Shown: piece by piece, positions 14,147-27,888 of the stretch
Numbering within the stretch: position 1 is the stretch's first letter
Layout of the letters: each line of letters starts with the position of its first letter
Assembly (NCBI GenBank): GCA_951406725.2
Contig: OX597822.1
Location: 49,042,001-49,106,000, forward strand
Source of the DNA: Octopus vulgaris
Taxonomy: Eukaryota
Direction: 5' to 3'
DNA: 64,000 bases
Program-made: the position numbers and the translations under genes
Notes under the pieces: generated by a model
Told to the model about the DNA's origin: nothing
The model's input: the letters and a program-made list of their open reading frames with translations, nothing else
Database searches by the model: none

Positions 14147-15005
14147 GAGAAAAGGAGAATTAGTGACAGCAAATAGTTGATTTGGAATCTAAAATTGGAA
14201 CAGACCTCTACTGAGATTCACTGGATGAGTGCTTAATAGTGAATTGTGCTTCCACTAAAAATGTAATCGAATCATTTCTTTTTCTTCAGTAAAATTAATC
14301 CTGTTATTTCTTGTTCATATGTTATACGCTGTTGGATTGCTCCGGCTCGATAGAATTCCACCTTTGATCAAGCCATTTTTCTTTTCAGACAGCGTATCCA
14401 TTCCACAACAAAAAACTTAACTATACCTGTGGCAAGGAATTAAATAAGCTGGGCAGACAGAAAATGTGTGCCAACACATATAGTGCATGTATAACTAGGC
14501 ACATATGTATCTATAGGGTAGGTCCCACCAAATATTAGGTCACGATCTACACATACCATTATATTTTTGCATGCTTGTATTTATATTTATTTTCTAATTT
14601 ATTCCCCAAAATTGGAAAACGGGTGTGTTTATCTGTTTTCAGAAATCAATTTATTTAAAAGATTGACTATTAACCTCACCTTTTTTAAGTATCTCTACCT
14701 TCCCCCCTCTCTCTTTTTTGCTATATTTTCTTTTCTTTCTCTCTTTCGTTCTTACTTTACTTCTCCTTCTCGCTCTCTATCTATAAGGTGTATTTATCTA
14801 TCTATTTATTCATTTTGCACTTATTTTTTAAAACTGTTTATTTATATATGTATGCGATAGTGTGTACTTGTATTTGTGTGTATATGCATGTGTTTGTATG
14901 GGTGTTTATGTGTATACGTGTGTCTCTATGTAGCATCATCATCATTGTCATCGTCTCGACGTCAACATTAACCATTATCGAGGTTATTATTACTGTCACT
15001 GCTAA

Positions 15006-15237
15006 GGCGGCGAGCTGGCAGAGTCGTTAGCACGCCGGGCGAAATGCTTGGCGGTATTTCGTCTGCCACTACGTTCTGAGTTCAAATTCCGCCGAGGTTG
15101 ACTTTGCTTTTCATCCTTTCGGGGTCGATAAATTAAGTACCAGTTACGCACTGGGGTCGATGTAATCGACTTAATCTGTTTGTCTGTCCTTGTTTGTCCT
15201 CTCTATGTTTAACCCCTTGTGGGCAATAAAGAAATAA
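15006..15237 (+). mobile_element. Full-length SINE family B with the cccttgtggg-aataaagaaa tail
   Basis: A-box-like tggcagagtcg and B-box-like gagttcaaatt. The central gctttcatcctttcggggtcgataa domain resembles MetaSINE (inference). Confidence 0.9.
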
Positions 15238-16297
15238 GAATCGTTACCGCGACGGCATTTCGGCCCTCTTTGCGGCCTGACTTCAAATTCCACCGACTTT
15301 ACCTTTCATTCTCTCAGTGAATATGTGTGTACATACACCTATATACATGTGCGTATGTTTATGACTACCATTGCAAATCTATGCATCCATTTACTTAAAA
15401 AGGTAACTTAGCCATTCACTAAATATACATCGATAAATTATACTTGTTCGAAATAAGAACTGGCTTCGATGATGAATAAAAATACCCTTGAATATAATGC
15501 GCCATCATAGTGGTAAGCAAGTAAAAGAGTAATAAAGCAAAACAAGTAAGAGTGAAGAGAAAATTTATGGAATCTATTCGTTGTTAATCTATCTTTACTA
15601 TACATTAAAGTGTCTTATATTAACTAAATATGTCAATTCATTGTCTTATTCTATAATCAACACGTGAATGTTAAATATTTCCAAGAATATATCGATTTAT
15701 TAATTTGAGACAACGCCTCAAATTTATAGCACTTCACTTATATAAAACATGAATTAATTCCCGCAAGGGTTATTTTTTTTAAAGAATATTACAAATTAAC
15801 ATTAAAAATATTATTTTTAATGTATTTTTCTCTAATTACGTTAAACGCTGTTTGCACATACCTGAAATATAAATAGAAATTGGTGTTTACAGTCAATTAA
15901 TTTGCAACTTGTGCACTATAATTAATTATGTCATGCTATTTGCTCATAGCCTGAGGTTACATATAAGCTACAAAGCTTCTTATAAATGCTTCCACTCCTA
16001 CAGATTGTAGATGACAGAAAACTACTAGAAAATATATAGGAAGAATAACAAAAGATAAAAAAAGTCAAGTTAAAAATCAAGAAAACGAAGAAATAGGGAA
16101 TGGTCTGTTTGAACAACAATTTTTGAAGTTTATTCGTTGTGAAGATCGAAGAATCTAATGTTTAAGGTAATCTAGGACCATTCCTTTTCTTGAAGATAGA
16201 GAAATGTTAATTCTGGCAAGGATGATACTTCTTTAGGAGATTCTGGGGATGTCTTGCTGCACAGTCATACAAACATCACGACTTTTACTTTATTAGG

Positions 16298-16720
16298 GCG
16301 TACATCGCATCCGCTATCTACTACCGTCTGACCGTCGTGCCTTGCCCCGACGGACCGGTGAAATTGCTCGGGGTTTGGTTCAGTCCAGACCTCCAAATGG
16401 AGAAGAACTGGGATGAGATAATGAGCAGAGAGGTCAATCTCACCTGGCTAAGGGGCGAGAGGAAGCTATCTCTAAAAGGTCGGGCTGAGGTGGCGAATGC
16501 GTACATCGCATCCCTCATCTACTACCATGTGACCGTCGTGCTTTGTCCCGACCCTACCTTCACGAACCTGGAACGCATACCCTTCCGCTTTTCATGGAGG
16601 GTTAAGCGATTTATTTTCTGTCAACATCAGCTAAATGGAGGGCTGGATATGCCGTTGTTGATGATGCGCAGACATTCGCTGAGACTGCGACATCTCCAGC
16701 GCTTCATAGACGACGGTGAA
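16298..16720 (+). pseudogene. Fragment of Tx1/L1-clade ORF2 (RT C-terminal region)
   Basis: VKLLGVWF..NW..RKLSLKGRAEVANAYIAS..YY..FRFSW..GGLDMP is the typical L1/Tx1 post-RT pattern. The segment is a GC-rich island. Confidence 0.75.
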
Positions 16721-17001
16721 CATCCATCCATCTATCCATCCACCTGTGCAGATTATATAAACGTATAAATGGCAGTGCCCCAGCATGGCCACAGATCGTG
16801 AGCTGAAACTAGGTGAAATGATATGAAAATGAAATGAAATGTATATTCTAGACACCTGCTTCCGTTTATATTTATATATATCACCGTGATCAACGTGACC
16901 GACCAGACTATCAAATGTTGGTACACATCGCTGGTCACAATGCGCTACGCATTGTTTTAGCCTTCAAATGACGCCACCCCGCTGGCTAAACGAGCAGGCC
17001 A

Positions 17002-17075
<74 letters not shown>

Positions 17076-19173
17076 ATCTATGTTTATTGTATGCATTGAT
17101 GTATATGTTTATGCGTATCTACGTATGTGCTTACATGTGTATCAGTGTGCGCGCGCGTTTGTGTAAGGGTGTATCAGCCCATGTTTAACTGTTTATCAAT
17201 GTACGTTTTTATTTGGGCGTGTATTTGTATGTGATTTTGTGTATCCGTGTTTATATGCGAATCCATGTGTAAGTTGATGTATGTATGTTCATACATCTGT
17301 TTATGCATAAGTGTGTATCACGGTGTATTTTTGAATGTGTTTCCATCTGTGTATTCTTGTGTGTAATGTTTTTTATCTTGTATCTTTGAATGCATATATG
17401 TGTATCCAGTTATATATGTTGTGTGTAGTCCTGTGTACCATTTAACATTATGTATGTGTCGATGTCTGTTTTTACATGTCTCCACGCTTATGTTTACTCC
17501 CTTATATTTATACGCATGCATTCCGACCTACCTACCTACCTACCTACCTACCTACTTACCTACATACATACATGCAATAAATACACATATACCACTCCAC
17601 ACATACATACAATGTATCCATCCATACATACATACATACACACAATATACATATATCAACTATATGTATTTGTGTGTGCATATTTTTTCCTTGTTTCTAC
17701 AAGTGTGACACACACACACACACACCGTATTTTATCATGTATAGGGAACTCCCTAAATTTTGGGGTTTGATAATTGGTAAAAAAAGTTTTTTTAAGGGAT
17801 TATAACACTATCCATATTTTTTTAAACCTAAGTTTTGACAAAAAAGGGTTCCTTTTACACGTTAAAATACAGTATATAGGCAAATCAAAAATAAAAGCAA
17901 AATCAGAAAAAGCAACAAAAGCCTATAGGACGTACATAGTGAATGTACACTCAAGAAAGTTTAAGACAGAAAAAAGAGGGGGCGTGACGTTTCGAGCATG
18001 ACTCTTCGTCAGAAAGAGGAAGAGGGAGAAGTCCGGAGAGAAGTAAAAGAATAGTCCGCGAAAAGTACGTGTAGTCTTACATCGCTGAGAAATAACTGAC
18101 GGGAAGTGGTAAGAGATAAAATGGTTTTTTAAGGTAGTGTGTGTGTGTGTGTGTATGTGTATGTTTGTGTGTGATAGTATCTGTGTGGTGTTTGTGTTGT
18201 GTATAAGTCAGTTATGTGTGTATGAGTAGCGCAAACAGGTTAGTAGCAATAGATTTAGTGGTCGAGAGGCGAGGTGACTTGTGTGTAAGTGCATTGGTGT
18301 TACTGTGAGTGTACGCATGTGTTTGTGTCCGTACGTATGAGTGTGTGTGAGTACGTGCGTGTGTACAAGTCAGTGTGTATATGTGTGTGTATATAGTCTT
18401 GCGTATGCATATTTGTGTGTGTTGGTGTGAGTGAAAAGTTTTTGTAGATGCCAGGATCTGGAAACGTGTGTTCGTGTGTGTGTGTGTGTTTGTGCGGTAG
18501 ATATGCATTTAATATGTGATGGTGGGGTGCCAGTTATGTATATAGGTGGGTATAAATGTGCGGAAGATGAATTAGAAATAATTAAAATTATAAACATCAA
18601 AAAATTTAAATTAAGATAAACTTAATAAATAAATAAATAAAAATTAATTAAAATTAATTAAAAATTTAATTAAAAAAATTAGATTAAATCACAAAATAAT
18701 TAAAATTGAAAGTAAAAAAAAGTTAAAAATAAAAAGTAAAAACTAAGATAAAATAAAATAAAAAAGAAAATGGAAGAAGAAGCTGTTACAAGAAGGAGGA
18801 GCAAATAGAACTTGTAATGTTTTGACTTATAAATTATAGAAGTAATATTTTGACTTATAGATTATAGAAGTAACGTTTTGACCTATAGGCCATATACCTG
18901 TAATATTTTATTTTTAAAGTTCCAATAGATCTTAAGTGCAATTTTTTAAATGAAACAATTTCTATTTGCCTCTGTGAACTCTAACTTCTCAACATTGTTG
19001 CTCAGGTGATTATTTACGTAGCCAAATTCTCACAAATGCAGTCCACATGAAGTATCTGCATGTTTACGGTTATCTCAGAACACACACATACATACATACA
19101 TACATACATACATACATACATACATACATACATACATACATACATACATACATACATACATGCATGCATACAT

Positions 19174-19568
19174 GGTGGCTGCCCCCTCGTTATCGAGTAT
19201 GGCCATTGCACGAAGCTTAATCAATGTTGTAATCGTGCAATGCTTGTGCAAGAAGATTTTTTTTAAAGTGAGGAAAGGCTGTGCACCGCATCAATCCCAC
19301 TCACTAAGCAACAGCAGCCATAATCCGAAAAGAAGAACAAGTCAACATCATCGGTAACCACTGAGCCACAGGTTTTATGTCGGAGTTATCCCAGTTACCT
19401 GAGTTACCTTCTCTTAGATGGATGCCCTAACAAAGGCTAGGAGTCCTTCACTCCCAATGGTTTAACCGCACGATCGGGTATTCAGTCCGATTATTTCTAT
19501 GTCCCCGCGCATGATACAGCCTTAAGACATTTATTAGATGGCCGTTGACTCTCAAGAGTTCCTCCTCC

Positions 19569-19570
<2 letters not shown>
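19174..19570 (-). mobile_element. Non-coding retroposon with (TATG)n tail, probably an RTE-derived non-autonomous element
   Basis: Second copy at 37023-37369. 10-bp stem cattgcacga/tcgtgcaatg near the 3' end. Confidence 0.65.
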
Positions 19571-19636
<66 letters not shown>

Positions 19637-19772
19637 CTCTAGCATATATAAATGTATGCTAGAGTACATATATACATACAAAAATATTCCGTTGATACTG
19701 AAATTCCAATGAAGGAGCCTTGGATCTAGGTTAGAAACTGGCTCTTTCTCTTGAAATCTTGAAATAAAACTG

Positions 19773-19958
<186 letters not shown>

Positions 19959-19989
19959 ACATTCTTATCTGTTATATTTATCAGTGTTA

Positions 19990-20400
19990 AATTCTGTTTA
20001 ACACCTTATTCCTACTACTTTGCATAATTTCTTTTCACGTCCCAAATAATTATGTCTGCTCTGTTGTGCACATATTTGTTGTCAGTTTCGACAGCAACAT
20101 TCTGCTAGCATTTCTTCATATTATTAGAGTGTATACCTTTCCCCATCCCATCACTGTACATTACTTATAGTTTGATTTTCAGGGTTATCATTGAGTTGCA
20201 GTGTAAGGTGCTTTGACACGTCATCGTCATGTCTCATGGAGGAGAATGTCCTGCTGACATTTTTGGACAGCTGCCTGTTATTTAGTTCACATCTTTGGTG
20301 TCAGTCCCTCTGAGTCTGCGTCAGTTGTCACATTTTGATGTGTTACTTGACTCCATATTCCTTTTGTGTATCGGGTATTTTATGGTCATGTTCCCTTCTA
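19990..20400 (-). pseudogene. Decayed REL non-LTR zinc finger/endonuclease fragment
   Basis: Minus strand reads ITGSCPKMS..RHD and HNRADIIIWD, with stops. Paralogous to 22234-22890. Confidence 0.6.
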
Positions 20401-20402
20401 GA

Positions 20403-20404
<2 letters not shown>

Positions 20405-20433
<29 letters not shown>

Positions 20434-20734
20434 TGTATGTATGTATGTATGTATGTATGTATGTATGTATGTATGTATGTATGTATGTATGCACGTATGC
20501 ACGTATGCATGTATGCATGTATGTATGTATGTATGTATGTATGTATGTATGTATGTATGTATGTATGTATGTATGCATGCATGTATGTATGTATGTATGT
20601 ATGCATGTATGTATGTATGCATGTATGTATGTATGTATGCATGTATGTATGTATGTATGTATGTATGTATGTATGTATGTATGTATGTATGTCTGCATGT
20701 ATGTATGTATGTATGTATGTCTGCATGTATGTAT
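20405..20734. repeat. (TATG)n microsatellite
   Basis: Read directly from the sequence. Confidence 0.95.
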
Positions 20735-21915
20735 GGCATTATTCAGCTTTATTTCAAGATTTCTTGCTAACAGAGAAAGAGCCGGTTTCAACATCAAGAG
20801 AGGCTGCGCTTCATTTCAATTCTACTGCCTTCTTCAGGCTTCCGGGCAACATACCTATGCATGGCCTTTTTTTTGTATGCTGAGTGCTTTCAATCCAGGT
20901 CTTCTCTGAGGTAGGAGGGCACAGCTGTTTTGGGGCTGTATAGGAGATCATCAGGAAGAGGGTGTTTCTTGAGGAGTTCTCTGCCAACTCGTACAATGTT
21001 GTTCACTTCACTTTTCAGGATTGCATTAATATATTTATTTTTACTGCTGGTGTTTAGCAGGTGCTGCCTGAGTGATACCATGCGGCATTCGAAGGCCATC
21101 TGCAGTGATCTCAGGTCTCTACTACTTTCATTTCTTCTTAGGTAGAGCCTGTGAACATCACTGTTTCTGTGGAAGTTCCCAGTTGTCGTCAGGATTTTGC
21201 GGGTTTTGATATCTATGGAATAGATTTCCTCCAAAGACCAATCAAGTATGCCAACTGTTGGGATCAGTACTGGTACTACAAATGCATTGTGGGATATTGT
21301 TTTGTTGTAAGAGGAGTGTTCCGACTGCCATATTTTCTTAAGTCTGGTGTGATATTCTCGGGTCACTCTATCTTTATTGAGTGCCTTCATATGATACATT
21401 TTCGTCTACACCTAGGTACTTTTGTATCATTCTTGTCTGGAATGGGGGAGATAGAGAGACCATTGATGCATAGGATTGGGGTTTGGGGGAGTGACTTTCC
21501 TCGTTCTATAACCAAATATTAACATTTGTTTTGGCCAAATTCCATACCTGTATCATCTGAAAATGTTTTAAATTCCAGTTGCTTTTGGGCATTGTTTACA
21601 CTTTTAGTATAAAGCTTCAGGTCGTCTACAAAGAAATTATGAGTTACATTGATATTTCTGGCAGTTAACGATCTTAGCCTGTAACCATTTGTTTTCTGCA
21701 GTAAGAACGATAATGGAATCAGTGCCAAAATGAAAAGAAGTACAGAAAGTCTATCTCCCTGGAATATTCACTTTGTAATGCCTATACTATTAGAAATAAT
21801 TATTCTGTTCTCAGTTGTAAGAGTAAGAATAGTTGTCCATGTCTTTGTGACTCTCTGTATAGCCGCAATTAAAGTAGTAGGTACCTTTGCCAGATGTAGG
21901 CACTTCAACAGCCAC
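20735..21915 (-). pseudogene. REL-clade non-LTR RT fragment joined to a short 3' tail
   Basis: IFQGD, HNFFVDDLKLY, GMEFGQNKC, IDIKTRKILT and RLYLRR, with stops and frameshifts. Confidence 0.8.
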
Positions 21916-22233
21916 GTATGTATGTGTGTATGTATGTATGTATGTATGTATGTATGTATGTATGTATGTATGTATGTATGTATGTATAAATATGCATGTT
22001 TGCATGTATGCGTGTGCGTTTGTATGTATCTATGTTCTCTTGTATTTAAAATATTTTGAAGTTTTCCTGTAAGCTGGTTTCTAAGATGTATACGAAAGTC
22101 CATTGTGGAATGTAAATAAGAAAAATGTTACATTTTTGAACTTGAGAAAATTCTTACATATAATTACTGTTCAGCTTACAGGTTGCATTTGTAATTTGCA
22201 AATCGGTTAAATCCTTAAAATCCTTAAAAATCC

Positions 22234-22890
22234 TTAAAAATGTTTTAGCCTGAAGGCCGCAGCCATGCTGGGGCACCAGTTGATTTCTTTTCCTGAAAAC
22301 CCCAACTTCTTCAAATTGTCACTTAGGAATTTCCTCACAAAACAGGGTGCACCAAGTATTGGGTATAAAAGCTGAAGGTTTCGAAGTAGTTGTCTGTAGT
22401 TATACTCTTTCTCTTTGATTTTCGTATAGATAGCTATATTAGCAGGGCAGCTGAATTGTATGACGTTATGCACTTTTATTCTCTGTCCAAAGAACGGTAT
22501 ACAGCCAGTTATGTTTGCACTTAGTAGAAGTTTTGATGGGAAATTTTCACTCATTTTCCTTATATAGGTGTTTTTGTATGTATTCAGTAACAGGGGAATG
22601 ATCTATATTTATCACAAGACTTTTTTTCGGATGCTGTTGTATTTTGTTTATCAATAAGGTAATGACGCATTGGGAGGTTATACGTTGAGGACATTTTGGG
22701 GCAGCTGCTGATGACATATGTGATGTCTTCTACAGAAATGTAACATAATCGGTGTTTTCGATTGCATCTTAGAGCCCCCAGAAGATTCAGTGTTTCGTTT
22801 GTTTATCAAGTATTTCGTAGCAATCTCCTGTTCTTGGAGTGCAAACGCATAGTCTTCGAAGTGTGATGTGATGTAGCGATCACTTGTCAC
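22234..22890 (-). pseudogene. REL-clade non-LTR C-terminal fragment
   Basis: FALQEQEIATK, ISSCPKMS, CPA..KEKEYNY and ILGAP. Confidence 0.7.
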
Positions 22891-23620
22891 CTCTTACGTT
22901 AAAAACGCACACCCCACTTTTCTACTTGTCACCTGTTCTTCTGTCTCCTTATTCTCAAAATGCCTCTCTCTCCCTCTCTTGGCTCTCGTATCCAACATTT
23001 CATCTGCCGATCTTTAATTTACTGCTATTATCTCTTCGACTCTCTGTCTCTATTATCGAAGAAACATATCTCGGAATGTTAGCTGTCTTCTCTGCACTTG
23101 GCAACCAAACCTGTTAAATACGCAACAAACAGCCTGAAGCTTAAATATTTTACGGAATAAATCAATACTAGCATATTTTAAACCTTATTTATCGATACAG
23201 CTAGCTACAAAATGTCGAGTCTAAAATACGGAAAATATTGAATGGCATTTTCAGGAGCATGATGCCAGAAGATGATCTGTCATATAAATTATATGGATAT
23301 ATGTCGGACGTGTCCATTTCATAATTTGTCTGTGTTGATATCCATACTTGCCCATTTCCTTTCATTCTGCGAGAGGTGGTATTTTTTTTTGCATAAATAC
23401 TTTTATGGATTTTGATCTTGAATTCTCTTTTTTACTGTATTTTTTTCTTATATGTCAAGTACTTTTAAACGTTTTTCTTTCATGTTATTATGCATACCAG
23501 TATACTTTTACTTGGTTCTGAAATATTTCCTAGAAGCCACAATAGCTACTCCTTAACAGGTATCAATCTGACTAAGAAGCCTTTCTCTCTATGCGCAATG
23601 TTGTTCTATGCTCTCCTATA

Positions 23621-23692
<72 letters not shown>

Positions 23693-24282
23693 GTATATAT
23701 ATCTATATATATCTATATATATATGTATGTATGTATATATATAATCAACTATGAAATGGGAGACTGACCAACAAAGTTGGCCATTGAGGTTTGTGAAAGA
23801 GTGTAATATAATCTCGAAGGTCGATTAGCTTCTTACCCGGTGTACTAACGATTCTACCAGCTTGCCGGTTTAACAAGACAACAGCAACAGTAATATTTTT
23901 AACCTATTGATAAGAACAGTTTAGAAAGCTGATCTGACATAGAACCAACCCAAACAGTGGCTATTACTTAACCAGCTGGAGTGCAATTGAGCTTTGGCCT
24001 TACACCTGTCATGGTTAATGAAACGAGAAGCAGTAAGGTCCAGGGGCTAATTAAGACAGTTTTATACATTCTCTTTATGCAATCAATGTCATTATAGTCA
24101 CAAATATCACACTACCTTCAGTATGACAATGATGGCGATAATAATCATGATGTTGATGACAGTATTGATTCGATTATCTTGCTACTGTAATTATTATTAT
24201 GTTTATTATATATTGCTATTTTTTGTTTCTATTGTTTTGCTACCTTTTATTGCTGCCATTGCTGCCATTGCTCCTGCTGCGG

Positions 24283-24363
<81 letters not shown>

Positions 24364-25840
24364 TATCCTTTTGCTGCAATAGACAGATTAAACTTGATAT
24401 CACAAGAGACAAGGGCGGAAATATATTGATGTGTTATTTGGATTGGCATGTACAATAAATGGAGTTGTATGGCTCTTGTAAAGGAGACGCTCCAATACAC
24501 ATACAAGGAAAAAATAAAGAAATACATAACAACAAAAACAAAAACAACTATTTACGATCCTTGAAATGATTGTTTCCACATCACCGACAGTCATGACTGC
24601 TATCAAATGTCGGATGAGTTTTCCTGTTAAATAAACTGATGGCAAAGGACGTCAAAGGGGAAAGAAGAAAATGGAAAAAAAAGAAAGAAAAAAGAACGAG
24701 GAGAGAAATAATAAATAATCAATGAATTAAAGTGAAACGGGAAAAGAAGAGAACTGGAAGACCAAGGACTCGAAGAAGAAGAAGAAGGCGAAAAGAAGAG
24801 AGAAAGATGAGGGAGAGGACGAAGAAGATACGGGGAAGGAAGTGAAGATGAAAGAGGAGAAGACAAGGAAGGGTATGATGATGATGAGAAAAGTGGAAAC
24901 CATGACATTAAAAGGCTGGCTTAATCTAAAATGGCAGCTCATCTATTTGTGTTTTGTTTGTAATTTAATCTGTTCTCTGGCTGTGCTAATGCATACTGTT
25001 AACAGTATAAATAGCTGACTGAAGAAGTGTCTAAGAACGAATTACTCATCACAATTTGTCTTTTTTCTCTTATGTCACATTTGTGAAATCACAAGCGATA
25101 AATAAGAAGACATTTCTCGGAATGAAGTGTATTTCTTTTGAAAAATTAATTTGTTGGAGTAGCAGGAGCAACTATCGTGACTTTTGCAGGTGTCCTGTTC
25201 TAAATTAGCGTGACTGAAGTGACTGATGTCCCATTCCATTCCAACGGCTCTATGTCTGTAAAAAAAGAGAAGCGAATAAATAAACGTGGGAGGAAATTTT
25301 GCGGGTTGCAATTTTGGAAAAGAATGATTAAACAAAGTATTAATGTCGGATTCAGTGGATGAGAGAAAAGAAGAGAAGCAAACATATCAGACAACACAAA
25401 GTGAAAGTGCTGTGCACCTTTCTAGAACTATAGTTGCGCTGTAACAGATGTCTATCCGTACCAATCCCCTTTATATCTGGACGCAATGTTGTTATATTCT
25501 ATCCCATGTATTATATCAGCTTTTGAAGAGACAAAGGGGTGAAACATATTTGTGAGCTAGAGGCAGCAGCATGTTGCTCAGGGAATTTTTGCTAATCAAC
25601 CGAATGGTCTTTATTTTTAAAATAGAGTTCAGGAAATATTTATACTCCTCATTAGCGCTATAAAAGGTACATGGGCAATATTCTTGTGGCAGCGTTTCAT
25701 GCTTTAATATGTTATAAATATTGTAGCGACTTGACTGTGACACGAACTTGTTGCGTCTCGCTTTGCTTGACGGTTGAAACTTTTTCTTATTAATTTATCA
25801 CCAGGCGCAGGAGTGGCTGTGTGGAAAGCAGCTCGCTTAC

Positions 25841-27870
25841 GCGCATGCGTTAGTTAGTTTTACTTCTGCACTGGTGTTGCCAACACATTGCTTTGCAGCG
25901 GTCTTGAATTGAAGAACTGTGAAGGCGCAACTATAAGGTAAGACGTTTGGATTTTGTGGGGATTCAGTGGGGGTTTGTTGTTTGATGTCCATTTTTTTGT
26001 CGAACAAGAAATCCTCACTAGATTCCGGGGCATTTGTCTGCCAAAAGTTGCGCCAAGTGTCTCACTTAACTGTGAGAAGAGTGCTGTTTTGGGAGCGTAT
26101 TCCGCCTCCAAAAATTGTGAAATTTTTGTGAAAAAATTTTCTGAATTTTTGCTAATTTGTGGTGGTTTTTGTTTGAAGCCGTGTTCCTGCTGCTGTGTCC
26201 CTTTTCACTTTTGGAGTAACTTTGGAGTACCTTTTGGCCAGGAGTACCGGTTGACTGAAATTGTGTGTTGCCGTCTTTGAACTGTCTTCCTTCTTTCTTT
26301 TTTCTCTTCTTTGTCTTTCTGCTCTTCTTTGTCTTCCTTCGAACTGTTTTTTGACTTTGTTTGGACTTTTGTTGTTTCTTGTTTGAACTGTTTCCTGAAC
26401 CTTTTCTTCAAAGCATGGCGAAGAAATTGAACACTGTATTGGAGTGGGAAATGATTCCACCCAAGCAATGGCTAAAAAGCTTAGAGGAAAGAACGGTGGT
26501 GTTGAGGACTTTTTCTAAGTCACTCAACACTACCGCTGTCTTTCCTAAAACAGATATAGAAAAAGAGTTGGCAGAGAATCTGCCAACTATTAAGTTTATT
26601 TCCAGGGGTGCCAAATATGCAACGGTGTGGTTGCTATTTGACACCTCTGAGGTCACTCCTTAGAAGAGCAAAAGATTCTGTTTTTTCCCCACATATTGTG
26701 GGAAGAAATCAATAAGAGCTTGGGTCTGTGGGCTGCCACCGAGCATTGAACCGGAATGGATAGCAGACACTATCCGCTGGGGTCTGGGTGGCAGCGGGCC
26801 CAAGCTTTTAAATGTGAAATTGTTGCCTGCGGCTGATTGGATAGGGTCAAAAACGTTTTTGATCCTATGGACCCAATCAGCTGCTAAAAATCTTGTATTT
26901 CCAGATTTTTTGAAAATGGCCGGTTGCAGGTACCCAGTGATACTTGAGGAACGCTCCCAAGTGTCACCTGTGCCTGGACTTGGGTCATATTAAGAAGAAC
27001 TGTCCCCAGGACCAAAGTAGGGGCCTGGAGCAGTTAGTAAAAGTAACTCCCCCTCCTCCTTCAGAAGGAGAGAGATGGAGGCAGCCGAGGAGGAGACCTC
27101 CTCGAAAATAGGGGAAAAAAGGAAGAAGGTGGACAGCAATGGTTGCCCTCCGAAGGACCCTAAAGCTGCGGGAGGGAGGGAAGATCCTCCGGATAAAGCA
27201 AAATAACTACACCCTCCCGTAGCACAAGGGAGAAGAAGAAAAAAAGAAGAATGGGACATTGCCGGCGGTTAATAGTACACTGCCGGCATGTCCTGAAACC
27301 TCGTCGGTGGGAATTGTGCCACGGACGGAGGAAACCGTGCCCCCTCCCGTTATGATGAAGGATGATTTTGTGATCTTCTTTCATAAGGGAGTGGTTGTAC
27401 AGAGCTTTTTGAAGAAGCTAGAGGGCCAGAGGGAAGGGGTCCTGTCCTGTACTGAAGACCCGGATTAGCCTTCGCAGGTAACTGCGAAGGTCATAGTGGA
27501 AAATGATATGTTCAGGTGATGGACTCCTTTCCCAGGGGCCAATGCAGTTTTGCATTCTGGAGCACCGACTTAGAACAGCAGGATTGCCTGCGGGTGGCAA
27601 GTTGCCTGATCGGGGAGGGAAGGTAAGAGGCCTTAGTGTCTCGATTTGAAAGTTGACTTTGTTTTTTTTTGGTAAGAGGCTCTGCGCCTCATCTTGTAAG
27701 GACGATTGCATCCATTCTTTGAACTTTGGTAAGAGGTTCAATACCTCATTTTGTGTTGATGAGAAAAAGAGAACAATGTTTTCGGGAAGCAGTAATCGGC
27801 GGGCATTGTCTGCTTCCCCCACCAACCATCTTTTCATCTTTGTAAGGCTGTATGGCCAATTTATGAAATA
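25841..27870 (+). mobile_element. ORF1-only non-LTR element 2, same family as element 1
   Basis: TSD aagcagctcgcttac (25826-25840) / aagtagcttgcttac (27871-27885). ORF1 from ATG 26415 (RTVVLRTFSKSLNTTAVFPK; CHLCLDLGHIKKNC). Same 3' end atgaaataaa. Confidence 0.87.
26415..27600 (+). pseudogene. Decayed gag-like ORF1 with CCHC knuckle
   Basis: Collinear with 1488-2692, with several stops and frameshifts. The 3' limit is approximate. Confidence 0.75.
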
Positions 27871-27888
27871 AAGTAGCTTGCTTACCAA

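Noticed and set aside
17986-18012. Hammerhead-like core on the minus strand (ctgacga...gaaacgtc)
   Set aside because: Stem I does not pair, so it is at best a degenerate relic. Partial cores near 10985 and 34501-34866 were rejected for similar reasons.
24555-25257. Possible minus-strand host exons (AG acceptors near 25257 and 24625)
   Set aside because: No recognisable protein, in-frame stops, and no consistent exon chain. RNA-seq would be needed.
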